NCBI GenBank assembly: GCA_965652295.1
Contig: CBFGTS010000006.1
Location: 192,001 to 256,000, forward strand
DNA length: 64,000 nucleotides
DNA from: an uncultured Haloferula sp.
GTDB taxonomy: Bacteria > Verrucomicrobiota > Verrucomicrobiia > Verrucomicrobiales > Akkermansiaceae
Direction of reading: 5' to 3'
In this document: piece by piece, positions 1 to 8,198 of the stretch
How the letters are laid out: the number at the start of each line of letters is the position of its first letter
Position numbering within the stretch: position 1 is the stretch's first letter
Made by a program: the position numbers and the translations under genes
Notes under the pieces: model-generated
The model's input: the letters and a program-made list of their open reading frames with translations, nothing else
Databases searched by the model: none
Told to the model about the DNA's origin: nothing

Positions 1-591
1 TTCATCGCCGACCTGATCTGCTGGTCGGCCATCGGTGCCCGCACCACCGAGAGCCAGACGCATCGCCAGATGGCCTCCGGGCTTTCCATGCCGGTCGGTT
101 TCAAAAACGGCACCTCCGGCGACCTCGTGGCCGCCATCAATGCCGTGAAAGCCGCCGGACGGCCGCAGACGTTTCTCGGCGTCTCCGAACAGGGCGTCGC
201 CTCCGCCGTGACCACCACCGGCAATCCCGGCTGCCACGTCATCCTCCGCGGCGGCGAGAACGGTCCGAATTTCGACGCCGATTCCGTGGGTCGGGCTCGC
301 GCCGCGCTCGAAGCCGCCAAGCTGCCGCCAGCCATCATGATCGATGCCTCCCACGCCAACTGCGACAAGGACGACGCCAAGATGCCCGCCGTTTTCGAAG
401 ACATCGTCCGCCAGCGCGCCGCGGGCGACACCTCGATCATCGGCACCATGCTTGAAAGCAACCTCGTCTGCGGCAACCAGAGTTTCCCCCAGCCCCTCGA
501 CCAGCTCGTCCGCGGCCAATCGATCACCGACAAGTGCATCGACTGGGAAACCACCGAGCGCCTCCTCACCGAGGCCGCGGAGAAGCTCTGA
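1..591 (+). CDS. aroG: 3-deoxy-7-phosphoheptulonate (DAHP) synthase, class I; 5'-truncated by window edge
   Basis: Open frame from base 1: WSAIGARTTESQTHRQMASGLSMPVGFKNGT, HVILRGG, MIDASHAN, GQSITDKCIDW. The aroF/G/H isozyme cannot be distinguished. Confidence 0.95.
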   Translation, partial: FIADLICWSAIGARTTESQTHRQMASGLSMPVGFKNGTSGDLVAAINAVKAAGRPQTFLGVSEQGVASAVTTTGNPGCHVILRGGENGPNFDADSVGRARAALEAAKLPPAIMIDASHANCDKDDAKMPAVFEDIVRQRAAGDTSIIGTMLESNLVCGNQSFPQPLDQLVRGQSITDKCIDWETTERLLTEAAEKL

Positions 592-609
592 GCCCGCCAC
601 CATCCGCAC

Positions 610-689
610 GTAGTTCCCCCTTCAGGGGGTGGCGGACGGCCGGATCGCCGGTTCGCTCGGGCACTGCTACCCCCTGAAGGGGGAACTAC
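610..689. repeat. REP/REPIN-like inverted doublet
   Basis: GTAGTTCCCCCTTCAGGGGGT (610-630) and its reverse complement (669-689). Each arm has GTAG plus an internal palindrome; it lies between convergent genes. Confidence 0.8.
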
Positions 690-710
690 TTACTGAAAGC
701 ACCCTGCATC

Positions 711-1799
711 TCAGGCGACTTCGTTTTTCCTCCCCGAAAGCGCCACAAGCACAAGCGAGAGCGCCAAGCCCGCAGCCACTCCCAAAAACGTCCCAAACAC
801 CAGATTCAGTGCCACCTTGGGACTCACCGGAACCTCCGCCTCCACCGGTTCCTCGTGCACGATCACCGGATCCTCGGAAATCCGACGCTGCATCTCCTCA
901 CCGATCAACTTGACCTTGAGCTGCTCCAGCAGGTCCTGAGCCGTTTGGGAGTCGGCCCTAAGATCTTCGAATGCTTGGGAAGCTTTCTGCCCCGATGGCG
1001 GAACCGCCCGCGCCTGCTGCTCCACTTCCGCCATCTGCTTGCCGATCAATTCAAGTTGCACCGCCAACGTCGATTTCAACGACTCAACGGCCGCGGCCAG
1101 CTCATCCTCGGTGAACCCCGGATCAAGCATCCGGACCGGGTTGGGAGAAACATCCAGACGCGACCCATAGTCGAAAAGCGAAGTTCCCTCATGTCGACTC
1201 AACTTCTCCATCTGTGCTTGCCGCTCGATCTTCTGGCGCTCCAGCCACACATGAACGCGCGGCTCCTTCGGAGCAAACGTCAGACCCTCCGATCGGATCA
1301 ATGAGGCCAACTCCCGCCGCTTCTCCTCCACCACTTTCTCCTGAGCCATCACCGCCTCTCGCAAGGCAGCCACCACCCCATCGATCCCCTCATTCTCCCA
1401 TTCCGCACGCCGCATCCGGTAGGCCCTGCTCACCGCCGCAGCGACATCCTTCGCGTCCCTCGGGTTCGTTGCCCGCACATCGATCTTGATCAGGTCGGTG
1501 CCATGGATGTTCTCGACCTCGACGATTTCCCGCAGCCGACCCAGCACCTGCTGCGTGTCCATGCTCCAACGCTTCTCCAGCTCAAGCTCGCTCGCGGCGA
1601 TCTCCAAAGTCTTCGCCGAGCGGATCATCTCAAACTCGGATGTCAGGCCCCCACCCATCGTCGACGGCCTCACCTGCAGAACCGCGCCCGATTCATACTG
1701 CTTCGGCATCACGTAGGTCACCACCGCGGCCACCATGAGCCCCACGCCGCCGCCCACCACCATCAAAAAGGGAACCAGCCACCAAGATCGTTTCATCAC
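711..1799 (-). CDS. Wzz/GumC-like polysaccharide chain-length determinant family protein
   Basis: N-terminal TM followed by PKQYESGAVLQV, coiled-coil middle, C-terminal PVSPKVALNLVFG plus TM. Confidence 0.75.
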   Translation of the reverse strand: MMKRSWWLVPFLMVVGGGVGLMVAAVVTYVMPKQYESGAVLQVRPSTMGGGLTSEFEMIRSAKTLEIAASELELEKRWSMDTQQVLGRLREIVEVENIHGTDLIKIDVRATNPRDAKDVAAAVSRAYRMRRAEWENEGIDGVVAALREAVMAQEKVVEEKRRELASLIRSEGLTFAPKEPRVHVWLERQKIERQAQMEKLSRHEGTSLFDYGSRLDVSPNPVRMLDPGFTEDELAAAVESLKSTLAVQLELIGKQMAEVEQQARAVPPSGQKASQAFEDLRADSQTAQDLLEQLKVKLIGEEMQRRISEDPVIVHEEPVEAEVPVSPKVALNLVFGTFLGVAAGLALSLVLVALSGRKNEVA

Positions 1800-1930
1800 G
1801 GTTTCTCATGACAGCCATGATTTTGCAGCGCAATGTCGAATCCCACAGCGCCTCGCCGCTCCCCCCATATGGCAGGAAACGCGCAAAACCGCGCTTGCGC
1901 CCCTTGGGGCTGTTCGTAGCTTGGGCCGCC

Positions 1931-3145
1931 ATGACGCCAGCCAGCCCCGCCCTGCCTGACTACCTGTCGGAGGAAATCCTGCTCCACCCGGAGAACCGCA
2001 AGTTCCCTCCCTTTGATCTCGTCAAGCTCCTCGGCTCCGTGTTCGAGCCCACCGCAGGCTGCCGCGTCTGCATCCTCACCGATTTCGACGAGCCCGCCGA
2101 ACTCATCAAGGACTTCGCCTTCCTCCAGCACGACGGCTTCCCGGTGCAAAAGAAGGCGCACGAAGCGTTCTATCAAGCCCTCCATGGCGGCGCGATGGAA
2201 GCCCTCGGCATGACCGGCGGCGACATGTTCGCCTACCGCACCACCCACGGCTCCAACCTCGATCTCCAGGACGAGGTCTGGGACACCCAAGGCCACCTGC
2301 TTTCGCTCGATGCCGACATTTATCCGAACTACGACATCATCCTCTGCATCTCCACCTGGTCGGCCACCGCGCCGCTGACCGCGAAATGCAAGGAATTCGG
2401 CTTCCGCGGCGCGACCCTTCACGGTCTCAACGACATCATCCTCTCCTCCGGCCTCGCGGTGAACTACGACGACGTCTCCGCCGACGCCGAGCGCATCCGG
2501 CTCGCAATGACCAGGGCCGACTCCGTCGAGATCGACTTTGAACTCGAGGACGGCCGCATCCTCACCGCCTGGCTCGGTCTCAACCGCCAGGAGGCGCAGA
2601 AGTCCCACGGCCTCTGCAAGGGTAGGACGCCCGATGTCGCCAACCTGCCCGCCGGCGAAGTCTATTTCGTCCCCAACGACGCCAACGGTCATTTCCCGAT
2701 GAAATACGAGGACGGCACCCTCGGGGTGCTGACCGTGAAGGACCGCAACATCATCCTCTCCGAGTTGATCGAGGGCAACCAGGCCACCATCGACGCCCAC
2801 AATGCTCGCCTCGCCGACGACCCGATGACCGGCACCCTCGGCGAACTCGGCTTCGGCACCCAGGTGCTGCCCGTTTCCGGTGCCGACATCCAGGACGAGA
2901 AAGTCCTCGGCACCTGCCACCTCGCCACCGGCCGCGACGACCACCTCGGCGGCGACATCGTCCCGGAGATGTTCAAGAAGCACGAGAATTCGACCCACGA
3001 CGACATCCTCTTCGCCCCGCACAAGACGCCGAACTTCAACGTCAAGGAAGTCCGCATGAACCGCGGCGGCCAGCAGGAAGTCATCATCGAGAACTTCCGC
3101 CCGTCCCGCTACATCATGGACGCCCTCGCCGCGGGCAGGGATTGA
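1931..3145 (+). CDS. Aminopeptidase T / peptidase M29-like metalloprotein
   Basis: NLPAGEVY, GELGFGT, DEKVLGTCHLATG, HDDI motifs; start placed at ATG 1931. Confidence 0.7.
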   Translation: MTPASPALPDYLSEEILLHPENRKFPPFDLVKLLGSVFEPTAGCRVCILTDFDEPAELIKDFAFLQHDGFPVQKKAHEAFYQALHGGAMEALGMTGGDMFAYRTTHGSNLDLQDEVWDTQGHLLSLDADIYPNYDIILCISTWSATAPLTAKCKEFGFRGATLHGLNDIILSSGLAVNYDDVSADAERIRLAMTRADSVEIDFELEDGRILTAWLGLNRQEAQKSHGLCKGRTPDVANLPAGEVYFVPNDANGHFPMKYEDGTLGVLTVKDRNIILSELIEGNQATIDAHNARLADDPMTGTLGELGFGTQVLPVSGADIQDEKVLGTCHLATGRDDHLGGDIVPEMFKKHENSTHDDILFAPHKTPNFNVKEVRMNRGGQQEVIIENFRPSRYIMDALAAGRD

Positions 3146-3148
3146 GCC

Positions 3149-3871
3149 ATGCCGAATCCCTACGAGTCGGAGAAGCTCGTCTCCGAGTATCTCCTCTTCC
3201 ACTACGGCAGCCCGGAGGAAATCCTGCCTCCCGCCGCCCCCGCCGGCATGCGGGAGGCGCTCGATTTCCCCCTCCGCACCTGCGCCCGCTTCCGCGGAAA
3301 CGGCGGCCGCGGCCTCGACCTCGGATGTGCCGTCGGCCGCTCGACCTACGAGATGTCCCGTAGCTTCGATTCGGTGCTGGGGATCGATTCCTCCCACGCC
3401 TTCATCGACACCGCCCGCGCCCTCCGGCACGGCTCCGTTTCCTACCGTCGGCTCGACGAAGGAAATCTTTCCACCTCTCTCGAAGCCCGACTCCCCGCCG
3501 GGGTCCGGCCGGAAAGGGTGAGCTTCGAACAGGGGGACGCCATGAACCTGCGCGACGACCTCGGAGCCTTCGATCACGTTCACGCCGCCAACCTCCTGTG
3601 CCGCCTTCCCGATCCGGAGCGGCTGCTGCGCCGCCTTCCCGATCTCGTTTCCCCCGGCGGCGAACTCATCCTCGCCACCCCCTGCACCTGGCTCGGCGAG
3701 TTCACTCCGATGGAAAACTGGCCCGCCGGCCCCACACTCGACTGGCTGCTGGATCAGCTCGGCGAGGCTTTCGAGCTCCTCGAAACCGCCGAAGAGCCCC
3801 TCCTTATCCGGGAGACGGCGCGCAAGTTCCAGTGGACCTCCTCCCAGGTCACCCTCTGGCAGCGGCACTGA
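3149..3871 (+). CDS. SAM-dependent methyltransferase, OvoA C-terminal (4-mercaptohistidine N1-methyltransferase)-like
   Basis: NPYESEKLVSEYLLFHYG, LDLGCAVGRS, QGDAMNL, ANLLCRLPDP, IRETARKFQ. Confidence 0.85.
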   Translation: MPNPYESEKLVSEYLLFHYGSPEEILPPAAPAGMREALDFPLRTCARFRGNGGRGLDLGCAVGRSTYEMSRSFDSVLGIDSSHAFIDTARALRHGSVSYRRLDEGNLSTSLEARLPAGVRPERVSFEQGDAMNLRDDLGAFDHVHAANLLCRLPDPERLLRRLPDLVSPGGELILATPCTWLGEFTPMENWPAGPTLDWLLDQLGEAFELLETAEEPLLIRETARKFQWTSSQVTLWQRH

Positions 3872-3910
3872 CCGTTCAGCAAGACCCGCGCAGTTCGGAC
3901 GCACGCCCGC

Positions 3911-3943
3911 CAGAATCCGCGCACACTTGCACAGCCCACGCGG
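3911..3943 (+). promoter_or_regulatory. 33-bp element, copy 1 (putative transcription-factor site)
   Basis: CAGAATCCGCGCACACTTGCACAGCCCACGCGG, 26/33 identical to 4503-4535. Confidence 0.55.
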
Positions 3944-3997
3944 AGCGTGATGAGGCTCCGGGCATGAGCATTCGCTTCAATCTCGGAAGCCACAGCC

Positions 3998-4495
3998 ATG
4001 CCCATCACGACCCTCACCGATTTCCATCACTGGCTCCTCGCCGAGGAGACCGATGGAGCCCCCTTCATCCTTCTTGAAACCGGCGACCTCCCCCGGACTT
4101 CCTGTGCCGCCGCCGTGGCCAGGCATCTCAACGAGTTCGACGAAACCTCCGGTGGCAACTGGGTCGCCCTCGACTCCGAAGTGATCCAGGCGATCGCCAA
4201 CGATCCCGCCCAGCGCAAGCTCATCGGCTTGAACGGAGATACCGCGTCTCCGCCGTGCCTCGCGGAGGTCTTCGCCGCCCTCGCCCGCCGTGGCCACATC
4301 GTCATCAACCACCCCGGTGCCAAAAAAACCCTCGCCGGTCATCGCCTCGGTTTCCTCGCAGCCCTGGGGGTGCCACCCAACGGTGGTGAAGGCTTCCATA
4401 TCATCCTCGATCCCAACGCCTTCCCCGCCCGCTGCCTCGCGCCACTCATCGCGGACATCTTCCTCGAGTGGTTCAACCACCTCACGTCCGCCTGA
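3998..4495 (+). CDS. Hypothetical protein, weak resemblance to cytidylate kinase-like family
   Basis: 165-aa ORF with genome-typical codons; AVARHL..NWVALDSEVIQAIA..RRGHIVI segments. Confidence 0.6.
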   Translation: MPITTLTDFHHWLLAEETDGAPFILLETGDLPRTSCAAAVARHLNEFDETSGGNWVALDSEVIQAIANDPAQRKLIGLNGDTASPPCLAEVFAALARRGHIVINHPGAKKTLAGHRLGFLAALGVPPNGGEGFHIILDPNAFPARCLAPLIADIFLEWFNHLTSA

Positions 4496-4502
4496 TCCAC
4501 GG

Positions 4503-4535
4503 CAGGATCCGCGCATCCTCGCGCAATCCACGCGG
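4503..4535 (+). promoter_or_regulatory. 33-bp element, copy 2, upstream of the cbb3 operon
   Basis: CAGGATCCGCGCATCCTCGCGCAATCCACGCGG. Confidence 0.55.
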
Positions 4536-4574
4536 CGACCCGGCTCCCGCCCCGCGCTCTCATCCCCTCCATCC

Positions 4575-4715
4575 ATGAACGTCATCGCCCTGACCATTTT
4601 CGTCAGCACCTGCCTCGCCGGCATCTTCATCGTCTGCTTCCTCGGCGAGTTCCGGCGTTCCAAGAACTCCTCTCCCGAACGCGACAGCCTCCTTCCTTTC
4701 GAAGACGAAAACTAA
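4575..4715 (+). CDS. ccoS: CcoS-like cbb3 oxidase maturation peptide
   Basis: MNVIALTIFVSTCLAGIFIVCF...SPERDSLLPFEDEN, single TM, directly before ccoN. Confidence 0.7.
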   Translation: MNVIALTIFVSTCLAGIFIVCFLGEFRRSKNSSPERDSLLPFEDEN

Positions 4716-4728
4716 CCCGCTCCCATCC

Positions 4729-7260
4729 ATGAGCAACCCCGCCAGCAGCACCACCACCATCACCTACGACGACAAGTCGGTCCGGCAGTTCATGTTCTTC
4801 TCCATCCTCTGGGGATTGGTCGGCATGCTCGTCGGCGTCATCTGCGCCACCCAGCTTTCGTGGTGGCAAATGAACGGCAAGTTCCTCGAAACCCTCACCT
4901 TCGGGGCCGTCCAAGCCGACGGCATCTCCTACCTCACCTTCGGCCGCCTCCGTCCGCTTCATACGAACGCGGTCATCTTCGCCTTCGTCGGCAACATGAT
5001 GTTCGCCGGCATCTACTACTCCACCCAACGCCTCTGCAAAGTCCGGATGGCTTCGGACTTGCTCACGAAAATCCACGTCTGGGGCTGGCAGGCGATCATT
5101 GTCGCCGCCGCCGTCACCCTGCCGATGGGCCTCACCCGCAGCAAGGAATACGCCGAACTCATCTGGCCCATCAACATCGCCGTCGCGCTGATCTGGGTGG
5201 TGTTCGCGGTCAATTTCTTCTGGACGCTGGCGAAACGCAACGAGCCCAGCCTCTACGTCGCGCTTTGGTTCTACATCGCGACCATCGTGACGGTGGCGAT
5301 GCTGTATATCGTCAACCACCTTTCCATCCCCACCTCCCTGACCCACTCCTACCCGATCTTCGGCGGGCTTCAGGATGCGCTGGTCCAGTGGTGGTATGGC
5401 CACAACGCCGTCGCCTTCTTCCTCACGACCCCGATCCTCGGGATCATGTATTACTTTTTGCCGAAGGCCGCCAACCGTCCGGTTTACTCCTACCGTCTCT
5501 CCATCATCCACTTCTGGTCGCTGGTCTTCATCTACATCTGGGCCGGACCCCACCACCTGCTGAACACCTCGCTGCCGCGCTGGCTGCAGATGCTCGGCAT
5601 GCTCTTCTCCCTCATGCTCTGGGCTCCCTCCTGGGGCGGCATGCTCAACGGCCTCCTCACCCTCCGCGGTGCCTGGCACAAGCTCCGCACCGATCCCGTC
5701 ATCAAGTTCTTCGCCGCCGGCGTCACCTTCTACGGCATGGCCACCTTCGAGGGGCCCCTGCTCTCGATCCGCGCCGTCAACCAGCTCTCCCACTATACCG
5801 ACTGGACCATCGGCCACGTCCACGCCGGTGCCCTCGGCTGGAACGGACTCATGGCCGCCGGCATGTTCTACTGGCTCGCTCCGCGCCTTTGGAAAACCAA
5901 GCTTTGGTCCGTCGCCCTGGCCAACCTCCACTTCTGGGTCGGTCTCGTCGGCATCCTCCTCTACGTCGCCGCCATGTGGACCGCCGGCGTCATGCAGGGC
6001 CTGATGCTCGGTGAGGTCGCCGAAGGCGGCACCACGCTGAAATACGAGTTCGTGGAAACCCTCAAGGCGATCCAGATCGAGTACATCCTCCGTTCCTTCG
6101 GCGGCACCCTCTTCCTGATCGGATTCGGATTCTGCGCGGTGAACATCTGGATGACCGCCCGCTCCGGCCAGCCCCACAACGACACCGTCGAGGTCGCACT
6201 TCCCGAGGAGAAGATGGACGACATGCCGCTGCCGAAGACGATCTTCAACGACCCGCTTTCCTACGTCATCCTCGGTCTCGTCTTCCTCTGCCTGTGGTTC
6301 TTCCTGCCGCCCCACGGCGACAAGGTCGCGCTGATCCTCACCATCCTGCTCTCGATCAAGGCCATCGCCGCTTTCCAGAAGAACAAGGGCGCATGGATCA
6401 GCTGGCACGAGCGCCTGCTTCACAACTACCTGCCCTTCACCCTGCTGGTCTTCTTCGCCGTGGTCGTCGGCGGTGCGGTGCAGATCATCCCGTCGCTCAT
6501 CGTCAACCGCGAGAAGAACATCGAGGGCCGCCTGCAGGAACTCTACACGCCGCTCGAACTCGCCGGCCGCGACATCTATGTCTCGGAAGGATGCTACAAC
6601 TGCCACTCGCAGATGATCCGCATGCTCCTGCCCGACGTCATGCGTTACTCCCGCGCCGGGAAGACCGACGACTTCTCCCACCTCGGCGAGTCCCTTTTCG
6701 ACCACCCCTTCCAGTGGGGATCCAAGCGCACCGGACCGGACCTCGCCCGCGAGGGTGGGGAGATCGTGATGGGTGCCAAATACATGCGCTCCGGCAAGCG
6801 CGACAACGTCTGGCACTACAACCACTTCCTCAATCCGCGCCAGACCTCGGAAGGCTCCAACATGCCCGCCTATCCCTGGCTGTTCGAGGCCAAGACCGAT
6901 TACAAGGCCCTGCCCGGCAAGATCGCCGTCCAGCGCAAGGTCGGCGTGCCCTACCCGGCGATGAACCAGCACGAGATCAACGACACCGCCCGTGTCCAAG
7001 CGGCCGAGATCGCCAAGTCGCTGGCCGACGCCAAGGTCGTGCCGCCCGCCGGTGCCGAGGGTCTGTCCGGTGATCAGCTCGCCCACTACCTCGAAGATCG
7101 CCAGATCGTCGCCCTCATCGCCTACATCCAGAAACTCGGCACCTACCGGATGGTCGAGAAGGAAGGCGAGGACGGCCCCACTCCGCTCGATCCCGACTCC
7201 TACCGCAACACCCGCGCCAAAACTCCCGCAGCCGCCAACCCGGAGTCCGCCGCCAACTAA
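4729..7260 (+). CDS. ccoN: cbb3-type cytochrome c oxidase, fused subunits I/II (CcoN-CcoO)
   Basis: FGRLRPLHTNAVIFAF, QWWYGHNAVAF, WAGPHHL, IGHVH; then EGCYNCHSQMIR, WGSKRTGPDLAR, MPAYPWL. Confidence 0.97.
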   Translation: MSNPASSTTTITYDDKSVRQFMFFSILWGLVGMLVGVICATQLSWWQMNGKFLETLTFGAVQADGISYLTFGRLRPLHTNAVIFAFVGNMMFAGIYYSTQRLCKVRMASDLLTKIHVWGWQAIIVAAAVTLPMGLTRSKEYAELIWPINIAVALIWVVFAVNFFWTLAKRNEPSLYVALWFYIATIVTVAMLYIVNHLSIPTSLTHSYPIFGGLQDALVQWWYGHNAVAFFLTTPILGIMYYFLPKAANRPVYSYRLSIIHFWSLVFIYIWAGPHHLLNTSLPRWLQMLGMLFSLMLWAPSWGGMLNGLLTLRGAWHKLRTDPVIKFFAAGVTFYGMATFEGPLLSIRAVNQLSHYTDWTIGHVHAGALGWNGLMAAGMFYWLAPRLWKTKLWSVALANLHFWVGLVGILLYVAAMWTAGVMQGLMLGEVAEGGTTLKYEFVETLKAIQIEYILRSFGGTLFLIGFGFCAVNIWMTARSGQPHNDTVEVALPEEKMDDMPLPKTIFNDPLSYVILGLVFLCLWFFLPPHGDKVALILTILLSIKAIAAFQKNKGAWISWHERLLHNYLPFTLLVFFAVVVGGAVQIIPSLIVNREKNIEGRLQELYTPLELAGRDIYVSEGCYNCHSQMIRMLLPDVMRYSRAGKTDDFSHLGESLFDHPFQWGSKRTGPDLAREGGEIVMGAKYMRSGKRDNVWHYNHFLNPRQTSEGSNMPAYPWLFEAKTDYKALPGKIAVQRKVGVPYPAMNQHEINDTARVQAAEIAKSLADAKVVPPAGAEGLSGDQLAHYLEDRQIVALIAYIQKLGTYRMVEKEGEDGPTPLDPDSYRNTRAKTPAAANPESAAN

Positions 7261-7285
7261 GCCCAACCCCGGAAACACCACTCCC

Positions 7286-7459
7286 ATGTTCAAGCGCGTC
7301 ATCTATGAGGACTGGGCCAACATCGTGCCCATCATCGCCTTCGGCATCATGTTCACCGTGTTTGTCGTCGCCACCATCCGCGCCCTGCGCATCCGCCCCA
7401 CCGAGCGCGAACGGCTGGCCACCCTGCCCTTGGACGAGTCCTCCAGCACCGATCTCTAA
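7286..7459 (+). CDS. ccoQ: CcoQ-like small membrane subunit
   Basis: MFKRVIYEDWANIVPIIAFGIMFTVFVV...LATLPLDE between ccoNO and ccoP. Confidence 0.7.
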   Translation: MFKRVIYEDWANIVPIIAFGIMFTVFVVATIRALRIRPTERERLATLPLDESSSTDL

Positions 7460-7474
7460 CTCCACCGCACGACC

Positions 7475-8113
7475 ATGTCCGATTCATCCCGATCCGAACA
7501 ACCGAAGCGGGGGGATTTCGCCACCAAGAAAGGCGAGGTCATCCTCCGCGAACACGAATACGACGGCATTCAGGAGTTCGACCAGAAGCTCCCGAACTGG
7601 TGGCTGTTCACCTTTTACTTCGCCATCGCCTGGTTCGTGATCTACTGGGTGCTCTACTACCACTTCGGCACCTACAGGACGGATCAGGAAAAGATCATCT
7701 CCTCCCTCGAACAGATCGAAGCCGACAAATCCGCAACCCTCGCCACCGCCATGGCCAGCCTCGACAACGAGACGCTGATCCACGGGTGGGCGACCGACCC
7801 CGAAAAGGTGTCCGCAGGCGAGGCGATCTACACCCTCAACTGCGTCGCCTGCCACGCCGCCGATCTCAGTGGCGTGATGGCCGTCGGCGATCAGAAGATC
7901 CCGCTTCCCGGCCTGCCGCTCAACGACGGAGAATGGAAATACGGAGCCCAACCGCTTGATCTCTTCAAGTTGATCAACGAAGGCACCCCGGCCGACTCCC
8001 CCGGCCACAACGGAGCACGCATGCAGGCGTGGGGTCAGATGCTGACGCCCGAGCAGATCGCCCAGGTCACCGCCTATCTCATCTCGAAGAATCCCACTGA
8101 CTTCGGTCTCTGA
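7475..8113 (+). CDS. ccoP: cbb3-type cytochrome c oxidase subunit III (mono-heme)
   Basis: HEYDGIQEFDQKLPNWW, one CVACH motif, MQAW. Confidence 0.92.
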   Translation: MSDSSRSEQPKRGDFATKKGEVILREHEYDGIQEFDQKLPNWWLFTFYFAIAWFVIYWVLYYHFGTYRTDQEKIISSLEQIEADKSATLATAMASLDNETLIHGWATDPEKVSAGEAIYTLNCVACHAADLSGVMAVGDQKIPLPGLPLNDGEWKYGAQPLDLFKLINEGTPADSPGHNGARMQAWGQMLTPEQIAQVTAYLISKNPTDFGL

Positions 8114-8143
8114 TTCTCCCATTGGCTCATCCACGCACACGGC

Positions 8144-8174
8144 AAAGGCGGTCTCCTCACGGAGGCCGCCTTTT
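8144..8174. terminator. Intrinsic terminator, probably bidirectional
   Basis: AAAGGCGGTCTCC-TCAC-GGAGGCCGCCTTTT between convergent ccoP and phoH. Confidence 0.75.
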
Positions 8175-8198
8175 CCATATCGGATCAACAGGACCTTC

